From a virus (Duplodnaviria; Caudoviricetes), in the IMG/VR virus record IMGVR_UViG_3300030372_000635, positions 1 through 56,980 of that record: DNA of 56,980 nucleotides, one strand, 5' to 3'. Shown here one piece after another: positions 9,057-18,205 of the stretch. The position numbers and the translations under genes were made by a program. Each line of letters starts with the position of its first letter. The stretch's first letter is position 1. The notes under the pieces are model-generated. The model did not search any database, was not told the origin of the DNA, and saw nothing but the letters and a program-made list of their open reading frames with translations.

Positions 9057-9364
9057 ATATAAAAGATTATTCTGAAGAAGTAGAAAAGTTAGTTATTACT
9101 GTTGCTAATACTAGACTTGTAGAAAATACACTAGGCTTGGTTGGAGAAGCAGGAGAAGTAGCAGAAAAAATAAAAAAGTTTATTAGAGATGAAGATTTTT
9201 CAAAAGAAGATATTGTTAAAGAGCTTGGAGATGTTTTGTTTTATACTACTGCTCTGGCTAATCATATAGGATCTGATTTACAAACTGTATTAGATACTAA
9301 TATTAAAAAATTACATGATAGAAAAAAGAGAAATAAGATACAAGGGTCAGGAGATAATAGATGA
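9053..9364 (+). CDS. mazG: MazG-like nucleotide pyrophosphohydrolase
   Basis: LGLVGEAGEVAEKIKK, KELGDVLFY, N..KL..R, GSGDNR; TTG start with AAGGAG. Confidence 0.9.
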   Translation: MNIKDYSEEVEKLVITVANTRLVENTLGLVGEAGEVAEKIKKFIRDEDFSKEDIVKELGDVLFYTTALANHIGSDLQTVLDTNIKKLHDRKKRNKIQGSGDNR

Positions 9365-11268
9365 GTAATGCACTACCAACAGACTACCAAAACTTTATTG
9401 CAACATCACGATATGCACGTTGGCTAGATGATGAGAGCAGAAGAGAAACGTGGAGTGAAACTGTTACTAGATATGTAGATTATATGTCTGAAAAAGTAGG
9501 GATAGATGAGAATACTAGTAATGAAATATGGGCAGCTATACATAACCTAGATGTTATGCCCTCTATGAGAGCCTTGATGACTGCAGGTGCTGCATTAGAT
9601 AGAGATAATACTGCAGGATATAACTGTAGTTATCTACCGGTAGATGATATTAAATCTTTTGATGAAGCTATGTATATATTACTCTGTGGTACAGGTGTAG
9701 GCTTCTCTGTTGAAAGACAATATGTAGATAAACTACCAGAAGTGCCAGAGGTTTTATCTGATAGTCAAACTACTATTGTTGTAAGAGATAGTAAGGAAGG
9801 TTGGGCAAAAGCATTTCGTATGCTTATAGCTTTATTGTATGCAGGTGAGATACCAACTTATGATGTTAGTATGATTAGACCTGCAGGTGCTAGACTAAAA
9901 ACATTTGGTGGTAGAGCATCTGGACCTGCTCCTCTTGTTGATCTATTTAAGTTTACTATTAATATGTTTAAAGAAGCAAAAGGCAGAAAGCTATCTAGCT
10001 ATGATTGTCATAGTATTATGTGTAAAGTTGGTGAGATTGTAGTGGTAGGTGGTGTACGTAGATCAGCTATGATTAGTTTGTCTAACTTATCTGATATTAG
10101 AATGCGTCATGCTAAGACTGGTCAATGGTGGGAGACTGCTCCACATATGGCATTGTCTAATAACTCTGTCGTTTATACAGATAAGCCTGACTCTGAAACA
10201 TTCTTACGAGAGTGGACTTCATTAGTAGAATCTAAGTCAGGTGAGAGAGGTATCTTTAACAGAGTATCTGCTAAGAAACAAGCTATGAAGAATGAGAGAA
10301 GAGATCCTAACTATGACTTTGGTACTAATCCTTGCAGCGAAATAATACTAAGACCACATCAGTTCTGCAATCTTACTGAAGTAGTAATAAAAGATGGTGA
10401 CAAAGATCATGATATAGAGAAGAAGATTAGGATTGCTACTATATTAGGAACAGCTCAAGCTACACTTACAGACTTTCCATACTTAAGAAAAATATGGAGA
10501 ACTAATACTGAAGAAGAAAGATTACTTGGTGTAAGTCTTACAGGTATTATGGATAACATGCATACTAATTGTAATCTAGTTGATATGGATAAAAGACTTT
10601 CAAGATTTAAGCAAGTAGCTATTGATACTAATAAAGAGTTTGCTAATAAATTTGGTATCCAAGAGAGTACTGCTATTACATGTGTTAAACCTAGTGGTAC
10701 AGTATCTCAGCTGTGTGATTCAGCAAGTGGTATTCATGCTAGACATTCTAAGTATTACATAAGAACAGTACGTGGTGATAACAAAGATCCACTTACAAAG
10801 TTTATGATAGATCAAGGTGTGCCTAGTGAACCATGTGTAATGAAACCTGATACTACTACAGTATTTAGTTTTCCTATGAAATCACCTAAAGGTTCTAGAA
10901 TTAGAGATGAACTATCTGCTATAGATCAATTAAATATCTGGTTAATATATCAAGAGCATTGGTGTGAGCATAAACCATCTATTACTGTTACTGTTAAAGA
11001 AAACGAGTGGTTAGATGTAGGTGCATTTGTATTCAAACATTTTGATAAGATGTCAGGTGTATCTTTTTTACCACACTCTGATCATGTATATCAACAAGCA
11101 CCTTATCAAGAGTGTACAGAAGATGAATATAATGATATGCTTTCTAAAATGAATACTAGAATTAATTGGTCTAAATTAAGAGAATATGAAGTAAGTGATA
11201 CTACATCTGGCAGTCAGACTATGGCTTGCAGTGGTGATTCTTGTGAGGTCGTAGACATAGGAGTTTGA
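9361..11268 (+). CDS. nrdJ: class II (adenosylcobalamin-dependent) ribonucleotide reductase
   Basis: SRYARW, RRETW, YNCS, GGVRRSA, TNPCSEI, FCNL, KPSGT, C-terminal ACSGDSCE; no beta subunit gene. Confidence 0.93.
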   Translation: MSNALPTDYQNFIATSRYARWLDDESRRETWSETVTRYVDYMSEKVGIDENTSNEIWAAIHNLDVMPSMRALMTAGAALDRDNTAGYNCSYLPVDDIKSFDEAMYILLCGTGVGFSVERQYVDKLPEVPEVLSDSQTTIVVRDSKEGWAKAFRMLIALLYAGEIPTYDVSMIRPAGARLKTFGGRASGPAPLVDLFKFTINMFKEAKGRKLSSYDCHSIMCKVGEIVVVGGVRRSAMISLSNLSDIRMRHAKTGQWWETAPHMALSNNSVVYTDKPDSETFLREWTSLVESKSGERGIFNRVSAKKQAMKNERRDPNYDFGTNPCSEIILRPHQFCNLTEVVIKDGDKDHDIEKKIRIATILGTAQATLTDFPYLRKIWRTNTEEERLLGVSLTGIMDNMHTNCNLVDMDKRLSRFKQVAIDTNKEFANKFGIQESTAITCVKPSGTVSQLCDSASGIHARHSKYYIRTVRGDNKDPLTKFMIDQGVPSEPCVMKPDTTTVFSFPMKSPKGSRIRDELSAIDQLNIWLIYQEHWCEHKPSITVTVKENEWLDVGAFVFKHFDKMSGVSFLPHSDHVYQQAPYQECTEDEYNDMLSKMNTRINWSKLREYEVSDTTSGSQTMACSGDSCEVVDIGV

Positions 11269-11269
11269 C

Positions 11270-11677
11270 ATGACAGTAATCTTTCCTAAAGAAATATGTG
11301 CTATGTGTGGCAACTATCTTGATGATGACTTAAAGTGTTATGAGTGTGAAATATGTGACGGAGAAAATATGGAAGATACAATTACCTTAACTACTGATAC
11401 AACTTTTCATGGACACTATGATGATGTTAATAATCCTAAACATTACAATCGTGGTGGACTAGAGTGTATTGAAGCTATTGAAGCTATGACAGAAAAAATG
11501 TCTGGAGATATAGCACCACATGCTGCAAATGTATTAAAGTATTTGTGGAGATGTGAATATAAAAATGGACTACAAGATATTGATAAAGCAATCTGGTATT
11601 TAAATAGACTAAAAGATAGGTGGGTACAAAGAAATGAAGTGGAAAAATCTGGAACAGGAAGCAAGGAATTTTCGTAG
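11270..11677 (+). CDS. DUF3310 (SaV / T7 gp1.7-like) protein with N-terminal Cys cluster
   Basis: VNNPKHY, IEAI, NVLKYLWR..YKNG..DIDKAIWYL; possible second in-frame start MEDT after GGAG. Confidence 0.85.
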   Translation: MTVIFPKEICAMCGNYLDDDLKCYECEICDGENMEDTITLTTDTTFHGHYDDVNNPKHYNRGGLECIEAIEAMTEKMSGDIAPHAANVLKYLWRCEYKNGLQDIDKAIWYLNRLKDRWVQRNEVEKSGTGSKEFS

Positions 11678-11843
11678 ACTACGTATAGTTAAACCTACTA
11701 AAAAAGCAAAACCCTTAACAACTAGACGTTATCTTGCAGGACAAGCATTGTCAGGTCTAATTGCTAAGGGTAAAACAGATAAGATAGAAGTAGCTAAAGA
11801 GGCTTATGAGTGGGCAGATAGATTATTAGATGAAGAAGATTAG
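11634..11843 (+). CDS. conserved small phage protein
   Basis: LTTRRYLAGQALSGL...AYEWAD.LL; last gene of + arm. Confidence 0.75.
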   Translation: MKWKNLEQEARNFRRLRIVKPTKKAKPLTTRRYLAGQALSGLIAKGKTDKIEVAKEAYEWADRLLDEED

Positions 11844-14800
11844 TTAAAAGTTTTATATGGTTTATAATCATCATAGTTTTTTAACATATGTTCAATAGTT
11901 CTTAATTGTTTTAAACCATCTGGTTTATCTAATAAATCTATTAGCTCACCTTCTATATCTAAGAAATCCATTATTTCTTTTACCTTTTCTTTATCTTTAT
12001 TAAACAGTAATCTAATAATATTAATTTCTTTAGGTAAAGATTTTTCCATAAAATTAATTACATCATCTTTAACCTTAGATGATATATCCATTATTATATC
12101 TACTTGATCTTGCTTTCTAAGATCCATAAAATCAGGATTAGCTTTTAGAGCTTCTATAGCTCTGTCCTCAAAGAAAGGTGCAGCTATCTGATTCATTCTG
12201 TTTTGTATTTGATTAGGTGCATCTGTTTTATAAACATCCCAGTATCTCATACCTGCAACATTAACCATTCTTTCCATTAGATTAGGTTCATTTACAGTTC
12301 TAACTCCAAATAAATTTTTACCGGGATCAGCTTTACTTAACTCTACACCTCTAAATGGTGTTGCTTTTAGTGGTAGATCTTCAGATAAACCCTCTTGACT
12401 AAATAATTTTGGTATATTATTAATATATCTTACAGCTTCTCCCTGTAAAAATAAACCTTCTCGTAGATTAGGATTCATATTACTATCAGTAAACATTCCT
12501 ATAACTTGATTTGGAGTATCAAAAGGTCGAGTAGCACCTGATAGTATTCTCTCTCCTGCTCCACCCATAAGATCTACAAGAGGTTTAATATCACCATTCT
12601 TTAACTTTTCTACTACATACTTTACTTGTCTACCTGTAAAATCTAAATCTCTGATAGCTTGACCACCAGTCTGAAGTATGACCTCATCTATTAAATTTTT
12701 AGGTATCTCTGAGTAGTCTATTTCTCTAGGATCATTAGTATCTTTCATACCATGAGCTAGTATCTGAGATAAAAGTCTGATAGTTGACACAGGCCAGTCA
12801 TAAGTTTTATCTTCAATATCTCCCATACCTTGTCCTGATCCTATCTTGTAAGGACCAAGTTGTAATACCTCTTCATTTCTTTCTTGAGAGTATGATAAGC
12901 CTTCAGCAATTCTTTCTCTAGCTGCAGGTATTCCTAAAGCTATTAATGCTATACCAACAGAAGCTTTACCCCAAGCTTCAGCAAACTCTGGATCAGCATA
13001 ATCAGGTTTCTTTCCAGTCAGCGCTCTATACGTGGCTCTAAAAGCATTGAAAGCAGTTAAGTCTCCCATAGTAGCAATAGTAGTATTCATGAAACTACCG
13101 AAAGGAACTATATAACCTATCTCAGTATTATTAGTAAAGTTTTCTATTTGTTTTGCAGCTGCTCTAAAAGCATTACCTGCAGGTAAAGTAGACCAGTTTA
13201 CAGATGCAGTCTCTCTCATTGTTCTAAATAATGCCCTGTCTACTACCCTCTCTTGAAATTTTTTAGAGGCCATCTCTAAAGATACATCAGGTCTGGCATA
13301 AAACTGATCAGGACTCACACCATATTCTCTCATTATATATTGATTAACATTAGTCCCAAAAGCCCAACGCTTAGTTATATCATCTTGTAATCTAACAAAG
13401 GTTAAAGTTTGTGCACCTTTTGTTGCTGCATCAATTATTCTTCCTGTTGAAGATACTATTATATTACCTTTATCTAAATTAAAATGCTCAAAAGAATCTC
13501 TTACACCACCATCTCCTGCAACATCTCTAAATAATCTAGACTTAATTTTAGGATCTAACTCAAGTATTTTATTAGCGTACTCTATTGGAATGTCTGGAGA
13601 TATTACATCAAAACCCCTACGTAAAGCACCAAACACACTACCATAAGCTTCATCATAAAACTCTTTTCCCTTTTTAGCATCAAGCATTCCATAATAAACA
13701 CCACTCTGAGCTAAGTTAATACCACCAGTTACAAAGTCAGCCATAGTATTTAAGTTTACTAAAGCAACAAAACCTTTTAAGTTTGCACCGGTTGTAGATA
13801 GATGAGAAGTTAATAGTCTTTTATAAACAGATAAACCAAACTGTCTCATCTCTTTACTTGTTGGTCCTTCTCCTTTTTTAGTTTGACCTGCTATCATTTC
13901 AATAGCATCTTTTATATTAACACCTGCTTTTTCAAGTCTACTTAATTCTGATGGTAGCCACAGAGCTTCACCTGCTTCACTAACTGATTTAGCAAAATGA
14001 TAACCCATGCTTCTAGCTGTTATCTTATCTCCTGATACAGGATATGAAACATTCACATTTGTTTCTACTCCATCTATAATTCTCTTTTCAGTTTTAATAT
14101 CTGTAAACATCAGTTTACGACCAGTATCTTCTTCAAACTTTTTTACTATTTCCCTAACTTGTTTCGTATCTAAGTATTCCATAATAGCATTAGCATAAAC
14201 AGCTGTTCTTGTTCCATATTTTTTTAGCATAGCAGGATGAACAACAAATCCTGAATCTTCTAATGCTTGAAAAAATCCTTTAGTCTTTTGATCTGGACTA
14301 CCTAACCAAAAGTATTGAAAGAAAGCATTTGTTATCTCATTACTATCGTATTGTTCACCTCTAGCCTTTACTCTTTTCTTAGCATTATCTCTAAGAACTT
14401 TCCATTCTAAAAAGTTTTTACTATCACCTTTTATTAATCCAAAGTTTTCATCTACATAGTTAATGATGATGTCCTTTTTAACTCTTTTCTTTAGTTCTGC
14501 TTCAGCTTTACTAGTTCCTAAAGTTAAGAAGTCTTCATCAAATTGACGATAAGAAAGAAAAGTCTTTTTAAGTGGACCTTTCCTTAGTTCTTTTACAGTT
14601 GCACCCATAGCAACTAAAGTTGGTATTACTAACATATTACCTGCTGCAGTTATAGCACTTTGTGCAGGACTAAATTCATCTTGAACACCTACATCCATTA
14701 ACTGCATCTGTGTTAATGCATCTGCACCAACTGCTATTGTAGTATCTATAAAAGCAAAAGGTAAAGCTTGTTTAGCAGTGTTGCCAATAGTTTTAAATGC

Positions 14801-15580
14801 TAGTTGTTTAGTTGTTCCTTCTTTAACTGCTTTTAAATATGCCTCTTTCATAAGAGTTTTTGCAGCTAATGCTGAAGTTTTAGTAGCACCAAAACCAAAC
14901 AATTTACCAATACCAAATCCTAGTAATGTTGCAGGATCATATACACCTGCTTTAGCATAGTCCCAAGTAGCATCAGCCATCTCTGCCCAACTACCATCAC
15001 CAGTAAATGCATTAGTCATCTGATCAAATAATTTATAACCTGCACCAAGCTTAACTTTAATATCGTCATTAGCATTCATTGTGTAAGCTATCTCATTACC
15101 TACAGTAACTGTTTGACCTGCACTAAAAGATCTTTGGTAGTTCTGCCATATTTCAAATACATCTTCGTCAGACATATTCCTGTAGTCCCTACCTTTGAAG
15201 CCACCTATATCACCACCTGCTAAACCAACAACACCCCTTCTAGCTTTAGTTAGTAACCCACCCGGTGTATACCTAGCTTCTAAATTACTTCTAATAATAT
15301 CCATAAATCTATTATCAGCTAGTATTTGTTCTTTAGTGAGTCTTCTGTTTTCATAATCTTGAGCAAAAATCTTTTCAAGATCTATATAAGAGTCTTCATT
15401 TAATGAAGGAACAACAACTGGTGATTCTATATTATATGGTACAACCTCCATTTCATAAGGAGTTGGTTCAATAGTGGGTGTATTAATATTATCAGAATCT
15501 TGTTGATTAAGAAAATCTGAAATGTCAAACTTTTCTGGTTCTGGAATATTAGTATTAATATTTATAGGCATTATTGTCAT
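11840..15580 (-). CDS. large internal virion (ejection) protein
   Basis: 1246 aa, helical composition, terminal position of the structural arm as in podoviruses. Confidence 0.7.
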   Translation of the reverse strand: MTIMPININTNIPEPEKFDISDFLNQQDSDNINTPTIEPTPYEMEVVPYNIESPVVVPSLNEDSYIDLEKIFAQDYENRRLTKEQILADNRFMDIIRSNLEARYTPGGLLTKARRGVVGLAGGDIGGFKGRDYRNMSDEDVFEIWQNYQRSFSAGQTVTVGNEIAYTMNANDDIKVKLGAGYKLFDQMTNAFTGDGSWAEMADATWDYAKAGVYDPATLLGFGIGKLFGFGATKTSALAAKTLMKEAYLKAVKEGTTKQLAFKTIGNTAKQALPFAFIDTTIAVGADALTQMQLMDVGVQDEFSPAQSAITAAGNMLVIPTLVAMGATVKELRKGPLKKTFLSYRQFDEDFLTLGTSKAEAELKKRVKKDIIINYVDENFGLIKGDSKNFLEWKVLRDNAKKRVKARGEQYDSNEITNAFFQYFWLGSPDQKTKGFFQALEDSGFVVHPAMLKKYGTRTAVYANAIMEYLDTKQVREIVKKFEEDTGRKLMFTDIKTEKRIIDGVETNVNVSYPVSGDKITARSMGYHFAKSVSEAGEALWLPSELSRLEKAGVNIKDAIEMIAGQTKKGEGPTSKEMRQFGLSVYKRLLTSHLSTTGANLKGFVALVNLNTMADFVTGGINLAQSGVYYGMLDAKKGKEFYDEAYGSVFGALRRGFDVISPDIPIEYANKILELDPKIKSRLFRDVAGDGGVRDSFEHFNLDKGNIIVSSTGRIIDAATKGAQTLTFVRLQDDITKRWAFGTNVNQYIMREYGVSPDQFYARPDVSLEMASKKFQERVVDRALFRTMRETASVNWSTLPAGNAFRAAAKQIENFTNNTEIGYIVPFGSFMNTTIATMGDLTAFNAFRATYRALTGKKPDYADPEFAEAWGKASVGIALIALGIPAARERIAEGLSYSQERNEEVLQLGPYKIGSGQGMGDIEDKTYDWPVSTIRLLSQILAHGMKDTNDPREIDYSEIPKNLIDEVILQTGGQAIRDLDFTGRQVKYVVEKLKNGDIKPLVDLMGGAGERILSGATRPFDTPNQVIGMFTDSNMNPNLREGLFLQGEAVRYINNIPKLFSQEGLSEDLPLKATPFRGVELSKADPGKNLFGVRTVNEPNLMERMVNVAGMRYWDVYKTDAPNQIQNRMNQIAAPFFEDRAIEALKANPDFMDLRKQDQVDIIMDISSKVKDDVINFMEKSLPKEINIIRLLFNKDKEKVKEIMDFLDIEGELIDLLDKPDGLKQLRTIEHMLKNYDDYKPYKTFN

Positions 15581-15582
15581 TA

Positions 15583-16785
15583 TTAATTTGACCTGTTTGT
15601 TAAATCATATGAGTGTAATATATTAGGTGATTCTAAAGTTCCATCATAAGCTGCAATCTTATCTCCTACTCCAAATAACTTATCTCCATAAACTAATTGA
15701 TATAAAAAACTTTGCGTATTAGGATTAAGATTAGGATCATAAGGAATTAATTCTGTAGGTCTTCCGGGAAGAACAGGAACTAAAATAAAATCTCTAGCTC
15801 TAGCAGCTTCTAAGTATTGATTAACTAAAGTATCTCTGGCTAATTTAGGTGATTGTTTTAAGTATCTTTCTAATCCTTTAGCACCATAAATTAAAAACAA
15901 TTCTAAAGGATTATCGTCATCTTCAAAAGATTCTCTTGCACTATCTAATTGTTGTTGATAATTTATATAAAAATCTCTTTCAATTATTTCAGATTCTGTT
16001 AAATTTCTAGGTGTTGTTTGAGTTCTTCTGCCAGAGGGATCAGTAACATAACCTTCTTTAATATCATTAAGTTTTCTTATCTTATCTCCAAGTTTATCAC
16101 TATGTCTTTTTGCCATTAGTGCAGTTGATGAAGTAGAATTATTAACAAAAAGTTTTATTTCATTAGGTGTAAAATCCTCTCCTAAAAATTTATCACCAAG
16201 AATAATCTGACCTCTTGGCATTTCTTCTTGTTGAAGTATTACTTTATATAAACCATCTAATTCTCTACCAATATAATCTTCTACCTTTTTAATATCTATT
16301 CTTCCTGATGGAGTAGATGCCTGAGCTACAGAACCTTCTATTAAACTTCCAATAAATTTTTCTGATACCGGACTTCTTGCAAAAGGTTTATCTTGTACTT
16401 CATAAAATTGTTGAGCCTCTTTAATTTTTTTATGTAGTCTTTCAAAAACTGTTGGGTCTCCATTAGCCATAAACTTAGCAGCTGTATTATCATCTAGTCC
16501 AAAGTTCTCTTGGAGATTCTTCATAAAAGCTGCTTCTTTTGTTGACTGACCAAACACATAACTATCTCCCATAGTAGGACCTAAAGATGTTTGTGTTATA
16601 TCATCTTCATCATTACGATTAAATAACTGTATACCTCTATTATTAACAGTTGATCTATTAAATAATTTAGCTATTGATGATGCACCACCTTTAGCATATA
16701 AATCCATAATAGTTTTTTCTCGTTGATCTTGACGAGCTTCTACTTTATCTTGGTAGTTTCTTATACCTACTGCTGTTAATTTCAT
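15583..16785 (-). CDS. putative internal virion protein
   Basis: 400 aa ORF tightly packed in the ejection module. Confidence 0.55.
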   Translation of the reverse strand: MKLTAVGIRNYQDKVEARQDQREKTIMDLYAKGGASSIAKLFNRSTVNNRGIQLFNRNDEDDITQTSLGPTMGDSYVFGQSTKEAAFMKNLQENFGLDDNTAAKFMANGDPTVFERLHKKIKEAQQFYEVQDKPFARSPVSEKFIGSLIEGSVAQASTPSGRIDIKKVEDYIGRELDGLYKVILQQEEMPRGQIILGDKFLGEDFTPNEIKLFVNNSTSSTALMAKRHSDKLGDKIRKLNDIKEGYVTDPSGRRTQTTPRNLTESEIIERDFYINYQQQLDSARESFEDDDNPLELFLIYGAKGLERYLKQSPKLARDTLVNQYLEAARARDFILVPVLPGRPTELIPYDPNLNPNTQSFLYQLVYGDKLFGVGDKIAAYDGTLESPNILHSYDLTNRSN

Positions 16786-16786
16786 C

Positions 16787-17407
16787 TTATGTCCTCGCCA
16801 TTAATCCTTGGGGTTTATCAATTGATGCCTCTCTTATAGGATCATCTTTAATCATACGTTTATAATCAGGTGAATCAGTATCTATTACTTTACCTTTAGG
16901 TTCAGGTTTTGGAATATAGTTATCCCTAATTCTACCATCTGGTCCAAAAAAATCCATACCTTCTTGTTTAGATAATCCTGCTTCTGAATCATATTCAAAG
17001 TCTTCTTGTCTTTCAGCTAAAAACTTCCTAGCTAACATTTCATTTCTAGCATAAGATATTCTTTCATCTTGTTCTTTATCTTCAAAACCCTCATCATAGT
17101 TTACATCTAATGAATCTGCATAACCTTTTAAGTATTCATGTATAACAGGTGCTACTATTAAACTTATATCTATAGAATGCATACCCTCCACCACAGCATT
17201 ACGAGTAATACCTTCTACTAATGTAGACAGATCCACACCCATTTCTAACATAAACATTGCTTGTTCCACTGCTTTAGGATTATCAAGTATATCTAAGTGG
17301 TAATCTAAAGCTTTTACTGGATCATTTATTTCTGGGGGTCTCTCATATGGAGCACCTTTAGGTGTTGATGTTAGAGATTGACCCGGAACAGGTCTGTTAA
17401 ATTGCAT
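16787..17407 (-). CDS. conserved virion-associated protein
   Basis: FNRPVPGQSLT..PYERPPE start and GLMAR end, as recalled for marine podophage proteins. Confidence 0.6.
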   Translation of the reverse strand: MQFNRPVPGQSLTSTPKGAPYERPPEINDPVKALDYHLDILDNPKAVEQAMFMLEMGVDLSTLVEGITRNAVVEGMHSIDISLIVAPVIHEYLKGYADSLDVNYDEGFEDKEQDERISYARNEMLARKFLAERQEDFEYDSEAGLSKQEGMDFFGPDGRIRDNYIPKPEPKGKVIDTDSPDYKRMIKDDPIREASIDKPQGLMART

Positions 17408-18144
17408 TATAAGTCCTCTCTATTAAAATAAAAATTAGCATCAGAAATTCTATTTTGCATCTTAGGTTCACCTGCAACTAGATATTGTCTTTCAAACATT
17501 TTAGTTAGCTGACTAATACTTAAATCTTGATTATTAAACTTCTCCATAAAATCCTCTGTAAATCCATGAGTCCTATTATTCTTCAATTCATGAATTAAAA
17601 AAGCATAACTACCCTCATAAGTTTTAGGATCTAAATTATTCTTCTTAGTAAAATCTAAAAATTCTTTTCTTCTTGTAGCTGTCCATTGGGCATCACCTAA
17701 ACCTCTACCACCAGTTTCTTTAAATGCAGTAAAACCTCTAGACTCATGATGAAGATTACCAATAATGGCACTAAGTTGTTTCTTAGTAAGATTAGGAAAC
17801 TCACTCTTTAAATCTTTAAAGTATCTATTAGCTCTTTCAGTATTATATTCATCAGACTCAGAAAATTGTTTTTCTAAATCTGGTCTAGTATTAATAGGTT
17901 GATCCTCACCTGAAGAAGCTTTCATTTTTAAAAAGTTTTGTTCTTTAAGTCTTTTATTTTCTTTTCTAATAGCACTAAATCTTTCATAGATAGCAATATT
18001 AGTATCTCCTATTTTAGATATTTGTGCTTCAGCTACCTTTACATCAGGTCTACCACCTAAAGATTTAGGTTTCTCAGGTGAAGCAAAAGAACTACCCTCC
18101 ATCTTTAGATATTGATTATAAGCTTGTTCATACATACTAGACAT
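17407..18144 (-). CDS. virion-associated phage tail lysozyme-domain protein (likely start 18144)
   Basis: QLSAIIGNLHHES...GLGDAQWT..RR...FERQY; AAAGGGG RBS before ATG 18144. Confidence 0.8.
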   Translation of the reverse strand: MSSMYEQAYNQYLKMEGSSFASPEKPKSLGGRPDVKVAEAQISKIGDTNIAIYERFSAIRKENKRLKEQNFLKMKASSGEDQPINTRPDLEKQFSESDEYNTERANRYFKDLKSEFPNLTKKQLSAIIGNLHHESRGFTAFKETGGRGLGDAQWTATRRKEFLDFTKKNNLDPKTYEGSYAFLIHELKNNRTHGFTEDFMEKFNNQDLSISQLTKMFERQYLVAGEPKMQNRISDANFYFNREDL

Positions 18145-18205
18145 ATCTGTCCCCTTTAATATTAATAATAACGAAAGTAAAATAAGTAGACCTCTGAATA
18201 ACATA

